Made by a program: the position numbers and the translations under genes. 61,543 nt of DNA from a virus. Taxonomy: Duplodnaviria > Caudoviricetes. The notes under the pieces are model-generated. The model did no database searches. It worked only from the letters and a program-made list of their open reading frames with translations, and was not told where the DNA came from. Positions 28,128 through 38,576 of the stretch are shown one piece after another. Position 1 is the first letter of the stretch, and each line of letters starts with the position of its first letter. The DNA lies in the IMG/VR virus record IMGVR_UViG_3300010354_000092, positions 1-61,543 of that record, one strand, 5' to 3'.

Positions 28128-28924
28128 AAATTTTAATTACCGGCGGAAAAGGATTTGTAGGATCTTATCTTGCAAATAATTTACGAGCCGATAATATAGT
28201 AGCAGTTGGCAAAGACAAATTAGATTTATTAAACCCGCAACAGGTTAATGAGTTTTTTAATAATTTTCAATTTGATGTTGTAATTCATACGGCTTTAGTT
28301 GGTAGAGAACAGTTATTCAGCACAGATCCTAAATACCTAAATGAAAATTTATTAATGTTCACTAATCTTTATAATAATAGACAAAAATTTGGTCGACTTT
28401 TTAATTTAGGAACTGCCTACGAATACGATCTTACTAAAGATAACAGATTTGTTCATGAAGAAAGTGTAATAAACTATCTACCTAACACGAGCTATGGCTT
28501 AGCAAAAAACATAATAGCTAGAATAATTAAAGAAACTGATAACTTTTATAATTTTAGATTGTTTGGAGTATTTCATCACACAGAAAAAGAGACTAGATTT
28601 TTTAAAAAATTATCTTTACAAAAAACAATTAATATATCTAACGATATCTATTTTGATTATATAAGCCTAGATGATTTAGTTTTAATAATTAAATATTTTT
28701 TGAATAATACACATTCAGTTAGAGATATCAACTGTGTATACCATGAAAAATTTAGATTAAGTCATTTGGCAAAAAAATTCTGCGAAATACATAACTTAGA
28801 CCAAGCTAATATTTTAGTTGAAAAGAAAGGCAATAATAATTTAACAGGCAATGCTACAAAATTAATGTTAATTCCGGTTAAATTAGCAGGTTTAGACGCA
28901 GGATTAAAATTATATCAAGTCTAA
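28124..28924 (+). CDS. NAD-dependent nucleotide-sugar epimerase/reductase (extended SDR)
   Basis: ILITGGKGFVGS Rossmann motif and YGLAK (YxxxK). Coupled to rmlC by an ATGA overlap. Confidence 0.88.
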   Translation: MKILITGGKGFVGSYLANNLRADNIVAVGKDKLDLLNPQQVNEFFNNFQFDVVIHTALVGREQLFSTDPKYLNENLLMFTNLYNNRQKFGRLFNLGTAYEYDLTKDNRFVHEESVINYLPNTSYGLAKNIIARIIKETDNFYNFRLFGVFHHTEKETRFFKKLSLQKTINISNDIYFDYISLDDLVLIIKYFLNNTHSVRDINCVYHEKFRLSHLAKKFCEIHNLDQANILVEKKGNNNLTGNATKLMLIPVKLAGLDAGLKLYQV

Positions 28925-29335
28925 TATAAGTTGAAGTTTATCTTTTATAAATCTATTATTTAGAGTAACTTTAACACCCTGGTGCAACGGTTTAGGATAA
29001 TTTTCAAAACTACACCAAGCATAACCTGAGTGTTCGTTATTCAAAACAGGTGTAAATTCATTATCAACAATTAAGATATAAGTATTATACTTGAAAGATT
29101 GATCATTACTAGCGTACTGTTCTAAGGGAATTATTTTTTTGATAGGTGGAGTATTACCAATTTCTTCGCTTACTTCTCGATTTAATGTATCATATGGGGT
29201 TAGGTCTAACGGCTCTTTTTTACCCCCTACAAATCCCCAAGTATTAGCAGTCTTTCCCTGTGTTCTTAACAAGAACAAAAATCTTTTTGTATCTCTAGCT
29301 AAAAATAAACCACCACTGCAAATAATTTCTCTCAT
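28910..29335 (-). CDS. NUDIX hydrolase
   Basis: Nudix box GGKKEPLDLTPYDTLNREVSEEIG. Start at the ATGA overlap with the upstream gene. Confidence 0.88.
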   Translation of the reverse strand: MREIICSGGLFLARDTKRFLFLLRTQGKTANTWGFVGGKKEPLDLTPYDTLNREVSEEIGNTPPIKKIIPLEQYASNDQSFKYNTYILIVDNEFTPVLNNEHSGYAWCSFENYPKPLHQGVKVTLNNRFIKDKLQLILDLI

Positions 29336-30756
29336 AGTACTAAACGCCATCTAGCAGGCTCGTATATACCTTCAAAGCTTTTTGTCCAAGCCCACCCATC
29401 TGGGCTATCAGACCACTTGTATTGTATGCCTGTATATGAATTAGTTATATATGTTAGTGTTCTTACAGTTAAACTATTGAATAAAATATCCCATCCAGTA
29501 CCATTCCATTCTATTATGTCGTTAGTTTTTGCTTGAAAGTCGGTGCCGTCATTATTCTTCCAAGCATCAGGTCCGTCATACCCTATATTTCCGTATTGGC
29601 TATTAACATTTATATCTTCTAGTATTAGATATCTAGTACCGGTAACCTTATTATCAGGGTTGTATGTTTGAGGGTTAATAATTGCATCTATGGTCCCCCT
29701 CCCACCAATACTTGTATTTGATGGAACTGTGTCCGCATCAAAATTCAGTTGCATACTAAAATCGTCTGTAGGGTTTAGGCTTATGTAAGAAACAATTTCA
29801 GTATTGTCTGGTCGTAATAATCTAATTTGACTTAGCCCTGCCTTAAACTGCCCTGGATACAGATCTAAAATCTTATACCAGTTAGTACGCTTGTCAACAT
29901 CAGTAACTGCAACAAATCCAGTCTCATCTGCTTCTTTTTGATATATCAAAGAAGCTGTATTATTAAGCACCAACAAACCAAAATTTCCAGGTGTTACAAC
30001 AGTTTTTCCTACCAGTGTATCACTATTAAATAAATCACCTAAAGCTAAATCGTTGTAAGAACCTGTGGCACTTATTTGTCCTACAGCATCACTGGCAAAA
30101 ACACTTGTAATAATTTTTGTTACAATACCTAGTTTTTTAACCTTAGCTGGAGGATTAATCCAAATAGGGCAATTAAAAGTTAAAGTAGCAATACTAATAT
30201 CTGATTCAAGCCCTTGAGGTATAGACCTAGATTCAAATACTTGATTTACTAATTCAACTACGCTAAGACTAGACCAATCAATATAATTATCGGAACTTTG
30301 CAATTCTAAACTAGGATTAAAAAATACTGTGATCTGTTCCCATATTTGTAATTTTTGATCAGTATTGGTGGTCCATATGTCAGCGTTAAATGTTGCAAGA
30401 TAAGGAGTAGGCATTAGTCTTTCTATAGTATACCCTGGACCTTGAGTATTCAAATACTCTTGAGCTTGTTCGTCGTAGTCTCTTTCTCTAACACTGATCT
30501 TACTGATAAATGTTGGATCTTGCATTCTATTTCTGTCGTGTTGAAGATCTTTAATATAACACGATATAAAAGGCGCACCTTGTATGGTATTTTCACTATT
30601 TTTCTTAAGGATACTGGCTACTTGCCTAGTCATGTCACCGTAGCGTATAGGAACTTCTATAATATTTCCTCTAGCATCTTTATAGCTAAAATTACTCATC
30701 AGTCTCATAAATTGAGTGAGATATCTTTTAACCTGTCCGTCGTAAAAGTAATCCAT
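29332..30756 (-). CDS. Tail sheath stabiliser/terminator (T4 gp15-like) with C-terminal extension
   Basis: YFYDGQ...VPIRYG...MPTPY...QIWEQI..FFNP gp15-like motifs. Confidence 0.7.
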   Translation of the reverse strand: MDYFYDGQVKRYLTQFMRLMSNFSYKDARGNIIEVPIRYGDMTRQVASILKKNSENTIQGAPFISCYIKDLQHDRNRMQDPTFISKISVRERDYDEQAQEYLNTQGPGYTIERLMPTPYLATFNADIWTTNTDQKLQIWEQITVFFNPSLELQSSDNYIDWSSLSVVELVNQVFESRSIPQGLESDISIATLTFNCPIWINPPAKVKKLGIVTKIITSVFASDAVGQISATGSYNDLALGDLFNSDTLVGKTVVTPGNFGLLVLNNTASLIYQKEADETGFVAVTDVDKRTNWYKILDLYPGQFKAGLSQIRLLRPDNTEIVSYISLNPTDDFSMQLNFDADTVPSNTSIGGRGTIDAIINPQTYNPDNKVTGTRYLILEDINVNSQYGNIGYDGPDAWKNNDGTDFQAKTNDIIEWNGTGWDILFNSLTVRTLTYITNSYTGIQYKWSDSPDGWAWTKSFEGIYEPARWRLVL

Positions 30757-31964
30757 TAATTATCCGCCTGTGGTTTTAAAATCTTAGACAACGCCTGTTT
30801 TTGCGGCACTACTTTGCCGCCTATAGTAGCAGTTGTATCATTATTAATGAATCCGCTCTTCTGGTTAAGTCTTACAGGCTGGCCGGGATATCTACCTCCA
30901 GGTTCTGTAGCATCTGTACCTAGAGGGCTAATAGTCATTCTAACATTATCTTCAAATTTAACCCATTTATTCCCGTCCCATCTAAAAAGTCTATTAGGAA
31001 AATAATCTGTTCTTAAATGAAACTGGCCTTGAGTCGGAGATGAAGGAAAAGTGATACCAAAACTATATGGAGCGCCGTTTGGAGGAATGCCGTCTTCTGT
31101 AAGGTATCCTAAATAGATGTTCTTTTCTGGTGTTCCTAATACTGTGGTTGCGTCTACTGTACCAGTTGTTACAGCATCTACAGTAATATCTGTATTACTT
31201 GCATCTACATATTTTACTAATCCATTATCATCTAAGGGTATTGTAAACAAATTAATATTGTTATACCCGCTTAAAGGAGCTTCAATTTCTGCTTGTTCTA
31301 TAATTGCTTTACTAATTTCTAAGCTCTTATTATAAACACTTAACACATCTCTAAGAGTTTTATTTCCGTCTCCAGCAGGAGCATCTAAAATTTCTTTAAA
31401 TTCTTGACTATCAACTAACGGTTCGCACTTTGCTCTAAGTAAATGAGGATACCATGTTTGACTAAATCCTGTAGCTGCTCTGCTAACATCTGTAACAACA
31501 TAAAATCTTTTTAGTGCTACCATACTATCATCTAAGGCGTATTCATCTTTTAAATGAGGCAATTCGAATACATCGCCGGGCATAATTTTTCTACCTAAAG
31601 TATCTACAGTAGCCTTTAAGTGAAAAGTTATCATCACATTATCGTTTTGCAAAAACAGCCCAAATTGACTAAGATTGAAGTCGATATCTTGCATAGTGTA
31701 TATGCCGCGTATCTGATAAACATCCGAATCATAATGGCGATCTCTATTTTCCATAAAAACAAGATCTTGTATACCTAATTCAGTGATAGGATTTGTATTG
31801 GTAGGAACTCCAGGAGTAGACTCTCCTTCTGCGGGATTTACAGGGCCTAGATACTTATGAATAAAGACATCAGTTCCTCCAATCTGGAACTGCTCGTTTA
31901 TAGCACGATCAATAAATTTAAAATCATTGCCCTTTTCAGGGCGGTACAATGAGAGTCTTGGCAT
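30756..31964 (-). CDS. Neck / head-closure protein (T4 gp14-like)
   Basis: LSQFGLFLQND...PGDVFELPH. Divergent from the gp13-like gene. Confidence 0.65.
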   Translation of the reverse strand: MPRLSLYRPEKGNDFKFIDRAINEQFQIGGTDVFIHKYLGPVNPAEGESTPGVPTNTNPITELGIQDLVFMENRDRHYDSDVYQIRGIYTMQDIDFNLSQFGLFLQNDNVMITFHLKATVDTLGRKIMPGDVFELPHLKDEYALDDSMVALKRFYVVTDVSRAATGFSQTWYPHLLRAKCEPLVDSQEFKEILDAPAGDGNKTLRDVLSVYNKSLEISKAIIEQAEIEAPLSGYNNINLFTIPLDDNGLVKYVDASNTDITVDAVTTGTVDATTVLGTPEKNIYLGYLTEDGIPPNGAPYSFGITFPSSPTQGQFHLRTDYFPNRLFRWDGNKWVKFEDNVRMTISPLGTDATEPGGRYPGQPVRLNQKSGFINNDTTATIGGKVVPQKQALSKILKPQADN

Positions 31965-31993
31965 AGTGATGTATTTATTGGCTAAATATCATT

Positions 31994-32752
31994 ATGAGTG
32001 ATACTATACAACAACGAGAATTAGTCATCGAATACATTAAAACTATGTTAGGTGACGGCATGGTTGATATTGAGCTAGATCCTAAGCATTATAATATTGC
32101 TATCGATAGGGCTTTGGGGAAATTTAGACAACGTAGTTCTGCAGCCGCGGAGGAAAGCTTTGGATTTTTAACTTTTTCTCAAGATGTAAATGAATATACA
32201 CTTAGCCATGAAGTAATGGAAGTTCGTCAAATCCTGCGTAGAACAATAGGTTCTAGATCGGGTGGCGGTGAAGGTGGTACAGTATTTGAACCTTTTAATT
32301 TAGCCTATACAAACACATATCTTTTAAGCTCTAGTAATATGGGCGGATTGGCTACGTATTATGCTTTTGCAAGTTATCAAAAACAAGTAGGAAAAATGTT
32401 TGGTAGTGATATTAATTTTACGTGGAATTCTACTACTAAAAAATTGACCATTATGCAAAGACCACGAGGTGAAGAAGAAGTATTACTTTGGCTTTATAAT
32501 TACAGACCAGATTTTAATCTGATTCAAGACACTTATGCAGGACAGTGGTTACGTGATTATGCTCTTGCTACTTGTAAAATCATGCTAGGTGAAGCTCGTG
32601 AAAAATTTGCTACAATTGCTAGTCCGCAAGGCGGTACAACACTAAACGGTACAGCGTTAAAAGCTGAGGGCAAAGCTGAAATTGAGGCGCTTGAACTCGA
32701 TTTAGTTAATTACAAAGATGGCGGAAAACCATTAACATTTGTAATTGGTTAA
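31994..32752 (+). CDS. Neck protein (T4 gp13-like)
   Basis: IKTMLGDGMVDIEL, WLRDYALA, KF...PQGGTTLNG and terminal FVIG motifs. Confidence 0.85.
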   Translation: MSDTIQQRELVIEYIKTMLGDGMVDIELDPKHYNIAIDRALGKFRQRSSAAAEESFGFLTFSQDVNEYTLSHEVMEVRQILRRTIGSRSGGGEGGTVFEPFNLAYTNTYLLSSSNMGGLATYYAFASYQKQVGKMFGSDINFTWNSTTKKLTIMQRPRGEEEVLLWLYNYRPDFNLIQDTYAGQWLRDYALATCKIMLGEAREKFATIASPQGGTTLNGTALKAEGKAEIEALELDLVNYKDGGKPLTFVIG

Positions 32753-32760
32753 GAAACAAG

Positions 32761-32789
32761 TTGACCTTAATTTAAATTGATTATATATT
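32761..32789 (+). promoter_or_regulatory. Sigma70-type promoter
   Basis: TTGACC-17-TATATT. Confidence 0.6.
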
Positions 32790-32810
32790 ATGATATCTGA
32801 GGGATATCAT

Positions 32811-33476
32811 ATGATCATAGGTTTTGTAGGATTTATTGGTTCGGGCAAAGATACTGCCGCAGACTATCTTGTTAATTTTCACGGATTTCGTAGAGACTCA
32901 TTTGCTAACACACTTAAAGACGCGGTTGCAGCCGTATTTGGTTGGGACCGCGTTCTGTTGGAAGGACGTACTAAAGAAGCCCGAGAATGGCGAGAACAAT
33001 TAGATTTATGGTGGAGCGAAAGACTAGGTATTCCGGAACTCACACCAAGATGGGTTCTACAACAATGGGGTACAGAAGTCTGCCGTAAAGGATTTCATGA
33101 TGACATTTGGATTGCCAGTTTAGAAAATAAACTGCGTAATAGTAAGGATGATATTGTTATTTCCGATGTACGCTTTCCTAACGAAATAACTGCCATACAT
33201 AATGCTGGTGGAAAAGTAGTTCGAGTAGTACGTGGCCCAGATCCTGATTGGTATCAAGATGCATTTAATGTAAACGTAGGTCCTACTAATATGAGCTGGG
33301 CTATTTCAAAAGCTCGTATGGAATCTTTAAAGATTCATTCATCTGAAACAGCATGGATTGGCAATGGGATAGATCAAGAAATAGACAATAATGGAACTAT
33401 TGACGATCTTTTTAAACAGCTTGAAAGTTTAGTTAAAAGTCAGGAGTCAAGTCTCCCTGCCGCCAAGGCAGCTTGA
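32811..33476 (+). CDS. Deoxynucleoside monophosphate kinase (T4 gp1-like)
   Basis: MIIGFVGFIGSGKDT P-loop, TPRWVLQQWGTEVCR, ISDVRFPNE and HSSE. Start 32811 follows GAGGG. Confidence 0.9.
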   Translation: MIIGFVGFIGSGKDTAADYLVNFHGFRRDSFANTLKDAVAAVFGWDRVLLEGRTKEAREWREQLDLWWSERLGIPELTPRWVLQQWGTEVCRKGFHDDIWIASLENKLRNSKDDIVISDVRFPNEITAIHNAGGKVVRVVRGPDPDWYQDAFNVNVGPTNMSWAISKARMESLKIHSSETAWIGNGIDQEIDNNGTIDDLFKQLESLVKSQESSLPAAKAA

Positions 33477-33768
33477 GAATATGCAAAATTCTTTGGCAGT
33501 TTGCACAAACTGTCTTTAAATTTGTATGTCTACAATTATCTTGATTTCCGTCTATGTGATATACATTAAACTGATCTTTGTACCTGCTAGTATACCCGCA
33601 TCTATCACATTTGTTAGTTAGCCTGTAACCTGCTTTATACCATTTAGGTTGCCCGTCTTTGCTTCCTCTACTACAATGGTCACACTTTGATCTGTAAAAT
33701 ACTCTATCTTCTTTTTTATAATTGATGGCAACAGGTCTTTTCCTACAAACTTTGCAAAGATCACGCAT
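33433..33768 (-). CDS. Zn-finger HNH endonuclease-like protein
   Basis: Three CxxC pairs, then HIDGNQDNCRHTNLKTVCANC. Confidence 0.8.
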   Translation of the reverse strand: MRDLCKVCRKRPVAINYKKEDRVFYRSKCDHCSRGSKDGQPKWYKAGYRLTNKCDRCGYTSRYKDQFNVYHIDGNQDNCRHTNLKTVCANCQRILHILKLPWRQGDLTPDF

Positions 33769-33867
33769 ATCACGCCCTTTTAAGGTCCCTTTGTATCTTA
33801 TTTAACCAGTTAAAAAACCCAAGAATTCAATAAATAAAACAAAGAATCCATTAAGGAGATTTGGAAA

Positions 33868-36800
33868 ATGGCATTGAATTCACCTGGAGTACAAGTAACA
33901 GTTATAGACGAGAGTTTTTACACAAACGCCGCTCCTGGAACTGTACCTTTAATTTTTGTAGCAACAAAAGCCAATAAAAACAACGCATCTGGAACTGGCC
34001 TCGCAGCTGGTACGTTGCCTGGTAATGTAGGGAAAGTTTATACTATTACTAGTCAACGAGACTTAACAGATACGTTTGGTACACCTTTATTTTATACTGA
34101 TTCTAATTCTAATCCAGTGCATGGGGGAGAATTAAACGAATACGGATTGCAAGCCGCGTATAGTGTGTTAGGTGTAAGTTCTAGAGCTTATGTTGTTAGA
34201 GCTGATGTTGACTTAGATGAATTGAAGCCTACAGCTTCTGAACCTAAAGGAAAGCCTGCATCAGGAACTTACTGGTTAGACACTGCTAATACTAAGTTTG
34301 GTATTGGAGAATGGGATGCTGTTAATAAAGTTTTTATAAACAAAACTCCTTTAATAATCGATGACACTAACAAAGCAGTAGCAAGTTTAAACAAAGTACC
34401 TTTATCAAGCTTTGGTAATATTGGTGATTATGCTGTGTACCTAACAGCAGAAAATGACAACGCTATTTTCTTTAAGAACGCTGATAACGTCTGGGTTAAA
34501 GTAGGATCAAGCATTCAAACAAACTTTGGTGCTCCTATTGTTGCACCTACATTTACTTCAAATTGCTGGCAAACAAGCTGGCCTGTAGCTATTGGTACTC
34601 CTACCGCAGTTGCAGTTAACAGTAAAATAACACTCAATGGTGTAGAAGTTACCTTTGTTGATGTATCTGTAAACGGTATATGCCAGTCAATTAACTCTCA
34701 AATGCCTCAGCTAGGCATCGGTGCAAAAAATATTGACGGTAAAATAGCAATTTTTGCAGATGCTACCGCCCAGTCTAATCTGTTGGCTCCACAAGACGGT
34801 AAAGTAATTTTAGCAAACGTAACTTCAGGTACGTTACAATCATTAGGTTTAGCCCCTGGTACATACGGTCCTGTTACATTAACTATTGCACCTCATTATC
34901 AATTCCCACAATATGCAACACAAGGCGTGGCAACAGGAAGTGTATATATCAAGACAACCAAACCAAACAGTGGTGCAGAATGGATTGTAAAATATTACAA
35001 CGGTAGTACACAAACTTGGGACTCAGTATCTGCTCCAATCTATCCTACCACACAGGCAGCTATTGCAGGTTTAGATACTACCGGAGGAACTAATATTCCT
35101 GCAGGTAGAATATTTGTAGAAAGTAATCCAGACGAGGGCGTAGGAGCTACTCCTCAGTCTCCACAAACAGCAGAGTTTAAAGTATTCAGAAGAACAACTT
35201 CTAGTCCTACAACTATTGCAACAACAGTATCTACATCTACAATATTCACTGTAGGTAGTACATTTATTGTTGCAGAAACTGTAGCAAATAGCCCAACATT
35301 AGCTTCTGCTAGAACAGTGAATATTACAACAAGTTCTATAGCTGGTTTTGCAGCCGCAGTTAGTGCTGCCGGCCTAAGTAATGTTGTATCAACATTTGAT
35401 CCGTCAACAAGAGTTCTTACTTTAAGTCACAAGTTAGGTGGTGACATTTATCTAACAGACGGTGCTAATGCTCCGTTAGAGTTAGTAGGATTTTATAATG
35501 CTAGTCTACAAACATACACTAGCAACTTATATCCTACAGGGCCTTTTGCAACATATCCATTAAGAGCAAGTAACTGGAAACCAGTAGAATTGCTAACATC
35601 TACAGTAGTTGCTTCGGCTAGCTCTCCAAGCACAACACCTGCCAACGGTACATTATGGTATTCAAGTATTACAGATGAAGTTGATATTATGATCCATAAT
35701 GGTACTACATGGGTAGGATACAATAACGTATACCCTAATGCAAGTCCTAATGGTCCAATTATTAGGGCAACAGCACCTGATAAGGACACCGGTCAAAGCG
35801 ACGGTACTGCACTTGTAGACGGGGATATATGGATCGACAGTTCAAGCAGTGAAAATTATGGAAAAAATATTTACGTTTGGAGTGCCGCTCAAGTTAAGTG
35901 GGTAAAACAAGATTTAGCAGATAACACTAGCCCATCTGGTTGGTTATTTGCTGATGCTCGTTGGGGTCTTACCGGAGTTACCGGTTCTGCGGCAACTATA
36001 AAAGATCTTCTAACTAGTAATTTCTTAGATGCAGATGCACCTGATCCTACTTTATATCCACAAGGTATGAGACTATGGAACACTCGTAGAAGTGGTAACA
36101 ATGTCAAAATGTATAAAACAGACGCCATTGATATCACTGCTAATAATGCACAAAACAAGCGTTTTAACAATGAAGTGATGGACGGTAGTACTGGCCAAGC
36201 TAAGTATTCAACTGCACGTTGGGTAAATGCTACAGGTAATAACGCAGATGGTAGCGGTAAATTTGGTAGAATGGCTCAGAGAGGTTACGTAGTAAAAGCT
36301 ATGAAGTCTCTTATAGATACTAATCAGTCTATTAGAGATACCGATACCCTAGTATTAAACTTAATTGCTTGTCCAGGATATCCTGAAGCTATTCAAAACA
36401 TGATAGGATTAAACACCAGTCGTGGGTTGACAGCATTCGTTGTAGGCGATACACCAATGAGATTGGCATCTAATGGAACAGACCTCAGAGCATGGGGTTC
36501 TAGTACAACTGCATTAGACAATGACGATACCGGCAGCGTAAGCTATGATGAATATATGGGTATGTTCTATCCAAGTGGTCTAACTACAGACAATACTGGT
36601 AATACAATTATGGTTCCTGCTAGCCATATGATACTAAGAACTTTTGCAGTTAGCGATCAAAGAAGTTACCCATGGTTTGCTCCAGCTGGTACTCGACGCG
36701 GCGGCGTTGATAATGTAACCGCTGTTGGATATTTGAAAGATGGTGAGTTCCAACAGAGCCCATTGCCACAGAATATCCGTGATGTTCTACAAGATGTAAA

Positions 36801-37203
36801 AATTAATCCAGTAGCAACATTACCAGGTTCTGGCATTGTATTGTTTGGTCAAAAAACTCGCGCTAAGAATGCTAGTAGCTTAGATAGAATTAATGTTTCT
36901 AGATTAGTAGCGTACCTAAGACGCCAGCTTGATTTATTAGCTCGTCCATTCTTATTTGAACCTAATGATAGGATTACAAGGAATGAAATTAAGCAATCAG
37001 CTGAAAGTCTATTACTAGAATTAGTAGGTCAGAGAGCTCTATATGACTTTATCGTAGTGTGCGATGAGTCCAATAATACTCCTTCTAGAATAGATAGAAA
37101 CGAGCTATATGTTGATATAGCGATTGAACCAGTTAAATCTGTGGAATTCATTTACATTCCATTGAGATTAAAGAATACTGGTGATATTGCAGCTGGAAGA
37201 TAA
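33868..37203 (+). CDS. gp18: Tail sheath protein (T4 gp18-like), enlarged
   Basis: SPGVQVTVIDES, PWFAPAGTRRG, LDRINVSRL, FEPND, CDESNN and EFIYIP motifs. Confidence 0.95.
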   Translation: MALNSPGVQVTVIDESFYTNAAPGTVPLIFVATKANKNNASGTGLAAGTLPGNVGKVYTITSQRDLTDTFGTPLFYTDSNSNPVHGGELNEYGLQAAYSVLGVSSRAYVVRADVDLDELKPTASEPKGKPASGTYWLDTANTKFGIGEWDAVNKVFINKTPLIIDDTNKAVASLNKVPLSSFGNIGDYAVYLTAENDNAIFFKNADNVWVKVGSSIQTNFGAPIVAPTFTSNCWQTSWPVAIGTPTAVAVNSKITLNGVEVTFVDVSVNGICQSINSQMPQLGIGAKNIDGKIAIFADATAQSNLLAPQDGKVILANVTSGTLQSLGLAPGTYGPVTLTIAPHYQFPQYATQGVATGSVYIKTTKPNSGAEWIVKYYNGSTQTWDSVSAPIYPTTQAAIAGLDTTGGTNIPAGRIFVESNPDEGVGATPQSPQTAEFKVFRRTTSSPTTIATTVSTSTIFTVGSTFIVAETVANSPTLASARTVNITTSSIAGFAAAVSAAGLSNVVSTFDPSTRVLTLSHKLGGDIYLTDGANAPLELVGFYNASLQTYTSNLYPTGPFATYPLRASNWKPVELLTSTVVASASSPSTTPANGTLWYSSITDEVDIMIHNGTTWVGYNNVYPNASPNGPIIRATAPDKDTGQSDGTALVDGDIWIDSSSSENYGKNIYVWSAAQVKWVKQDLADNTSPSGWLFADARWGLTGVTGSAATIKDLLTSNFLDADAPDPTLYPQGMRLWNTRRSGNNVKMYKTDAIDITANNAQNKRFNNEVMDGSTGQAKYSTARWVNATGNNADGSGKFGRMAQRGYVVKAMKSLIDTNQSIRDTDTLVLNLIACPGYPEAIQNMIGLNTSRGLTAFVVGDTPMRLASNGTDLRAWGSSTTALDNDDTGSVSYDEYMGMFYPSGLTTDNTGNTIMVPASHMILRTFAVSDQRSYPWFAPAGTRRGGVDNVTAVGYLKDGEFQQSPLPQNIRDVLQDVKINPVATLPGSGIVLFGQKTRAKNASSLDRINVSRLVAYLRRQLDLLARPFLFEPNDRITRNEIKQSAESLLLELVGQRALYDFIVVCDESNNTPSRIDRNELYVDIAIEPVKSVEFIYIPLRLKNTGDIAAGR

Positions 37204-37234
37204 TGGTTAAATACAAGGAACAAGGAGCATCTAG

Positions 37235-37861
37235 ATGGCTATTACTAGTTTAAGTAAATTTACAGTACCTCTACCTACAGGGCAGAGTGCTACTTCTCAG
37301 GGCTTATTAATGCCCAAATTGAAGTACAGATTTAGGGTGTCTCTAGAAAACTTTGGAATCTCTAAACCTACTACAGAACTAACCAAACAGGTTATGAACG
37401 TTACACGCCCTGCTGTTAGCTTTGATAATATTGAATTACACGTATACAACAGTAAAATTAATTACGCTGGTCGTTATACATGGGCAGATATTTCTTTAGT
37501 TGTTAGAGACGATGCTACAGGCGAAGTAAGCAGATTAGTTGGAGAACAAATTCAGAAGCAATTTGATTTCTTCGAACAAAGTTCTGCATCCAGTGGTATA
37601 GATTATAAGTTTTTGACAAGAATTGAAATCCTAGACGGCGGTAATGGTGCTAACGAACCAAGAGTTTTAGAAACATTTGAATTAACTGGTTGTTACTTAC
37701 AGAATACTGTATATTCTAACACAGATTACTCAAGCAGTGATCCTATTGACATTACATTAACTATCAAGTACGATAATGCTATTCAAGTTGACGGATCTAA
37801 TACTCCAGTTGGTATTGGTGGCGCCGTTGGAAGAACTCTAAGAACATTGGCTACCGGTTAA
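37235..37861 (+). CDS. gp19: Tail tube protein (T4 gp19-like)
   Basis: PKLKYRFRV...RP...YAGRYTW. Directly after the sheath gene. Confidence 0.85.
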   Translation: MAITSLSKFTVPLPTGQSATSQGLLMPKLKYRFRVSLENFGISKPTTELTKQVMNVTRPAVSFDNIELHVYNSKINYAGRYTWADISLVVRDDATGEVSRLVGEQIQKQFDFFEQSSASSGIDYKFLTRIEILDGGNGANEPRVLETFELTGCYLQNTVYSNTDYSSSDPIDITLTIKYDNAIQVDGSNTPVGIGGAVGRTLRTLATG

Positions 37862-37866
37862 TTTGG

Positions 37867-37913
37867 TTGACTTTGTCTAAAGGCATATATACAATTGCGT
37901 ATATATGCCTTTT
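37867..37913 (+). terminator. Hairpin terminator overlapping a sigma70-type promoter
   Basis: AAAGGCATATATAC-AATTGC-GTATATATGCCTTT hairpin. TTGACT-17-TACAAT at 37867-37895. Confidence 0.65.
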
Positions 37914-37928
37914 ATTTTGGAGTAAATT

Positions 37929-38576
37929 TTGCCGCAACAGATATATATTCATAAAGAAGAACTTTATGGCCGGCATGAGGTCATTTCTCATGTACAAAAA
38001 CTAAAACAGAGAACAAATAATTTTACACTAATAGACATTGGTGCTAGCCATAATCCTTTTTCTCCTGACTTGTTAACTCATACCTTTGATCTAAGGCCAA
38101 ATAATCTTACCGATAAACATAGTTTCTTAGGAGACATTAACCAATACGAAGATTGGCAACAGATATTTGATTATGTTGATCAAAACGGTAAATTTACTTT
38201 TTGTAATTGTACTCATACCTTAGAAGACATTGCTTATCCTATGGCTGCATTAAGATACATGCCAAGAATTGCCGAACAGGGGTTTATAGCAGTACCTAGC
38301 AAATATTACGAACTACAATATAGAGAAGAATTTAAAGGTGCTATACATCATAGGTGGATTTTTGATCATAAAAACAATAAGCTTATTGGTTACCCTAAAA
38401 TTAATCTTATCGAAACATTAACTTACTTTCCTTACGGGAAACTTATAGAAGAAAATGCTGAAACTGAACTTAGATTATTTTGGAAAGACACTATAGATTT
38501 TGAGATTATAAACAACGATTATCTAGGACCTACTAGAGAAGCAGTTATAGATCTATATAAAAATCTTATGCCTTAA
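37929..38576 (+). CDS. Class I SAM-methyltransferase-like protein
   Basis: LIDIGAS, GDIN, CTHTLEDI..P and HHRW motifs. TTG start after GGAG. Confidence 0.6.
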   Translation: MPQQIYIHKEELYGRHEVISHVQKLKQRTNNFTLIDIGASHNPFSPDLLTHTFDLRPNNLTDKHSFLGDINQYEDWQQIFDYVDQNGKFTFCNCTHTLEDIAYPMAALRYMPRIAEQGFIAVPSKYYELQYREEFKGAIHHRWIFDHKNNKLIGYPKINLIETLTYFPYGKLIEENAETELRLFWKDTIDFEIINNDYLGPTREAVIDLYKNLMP

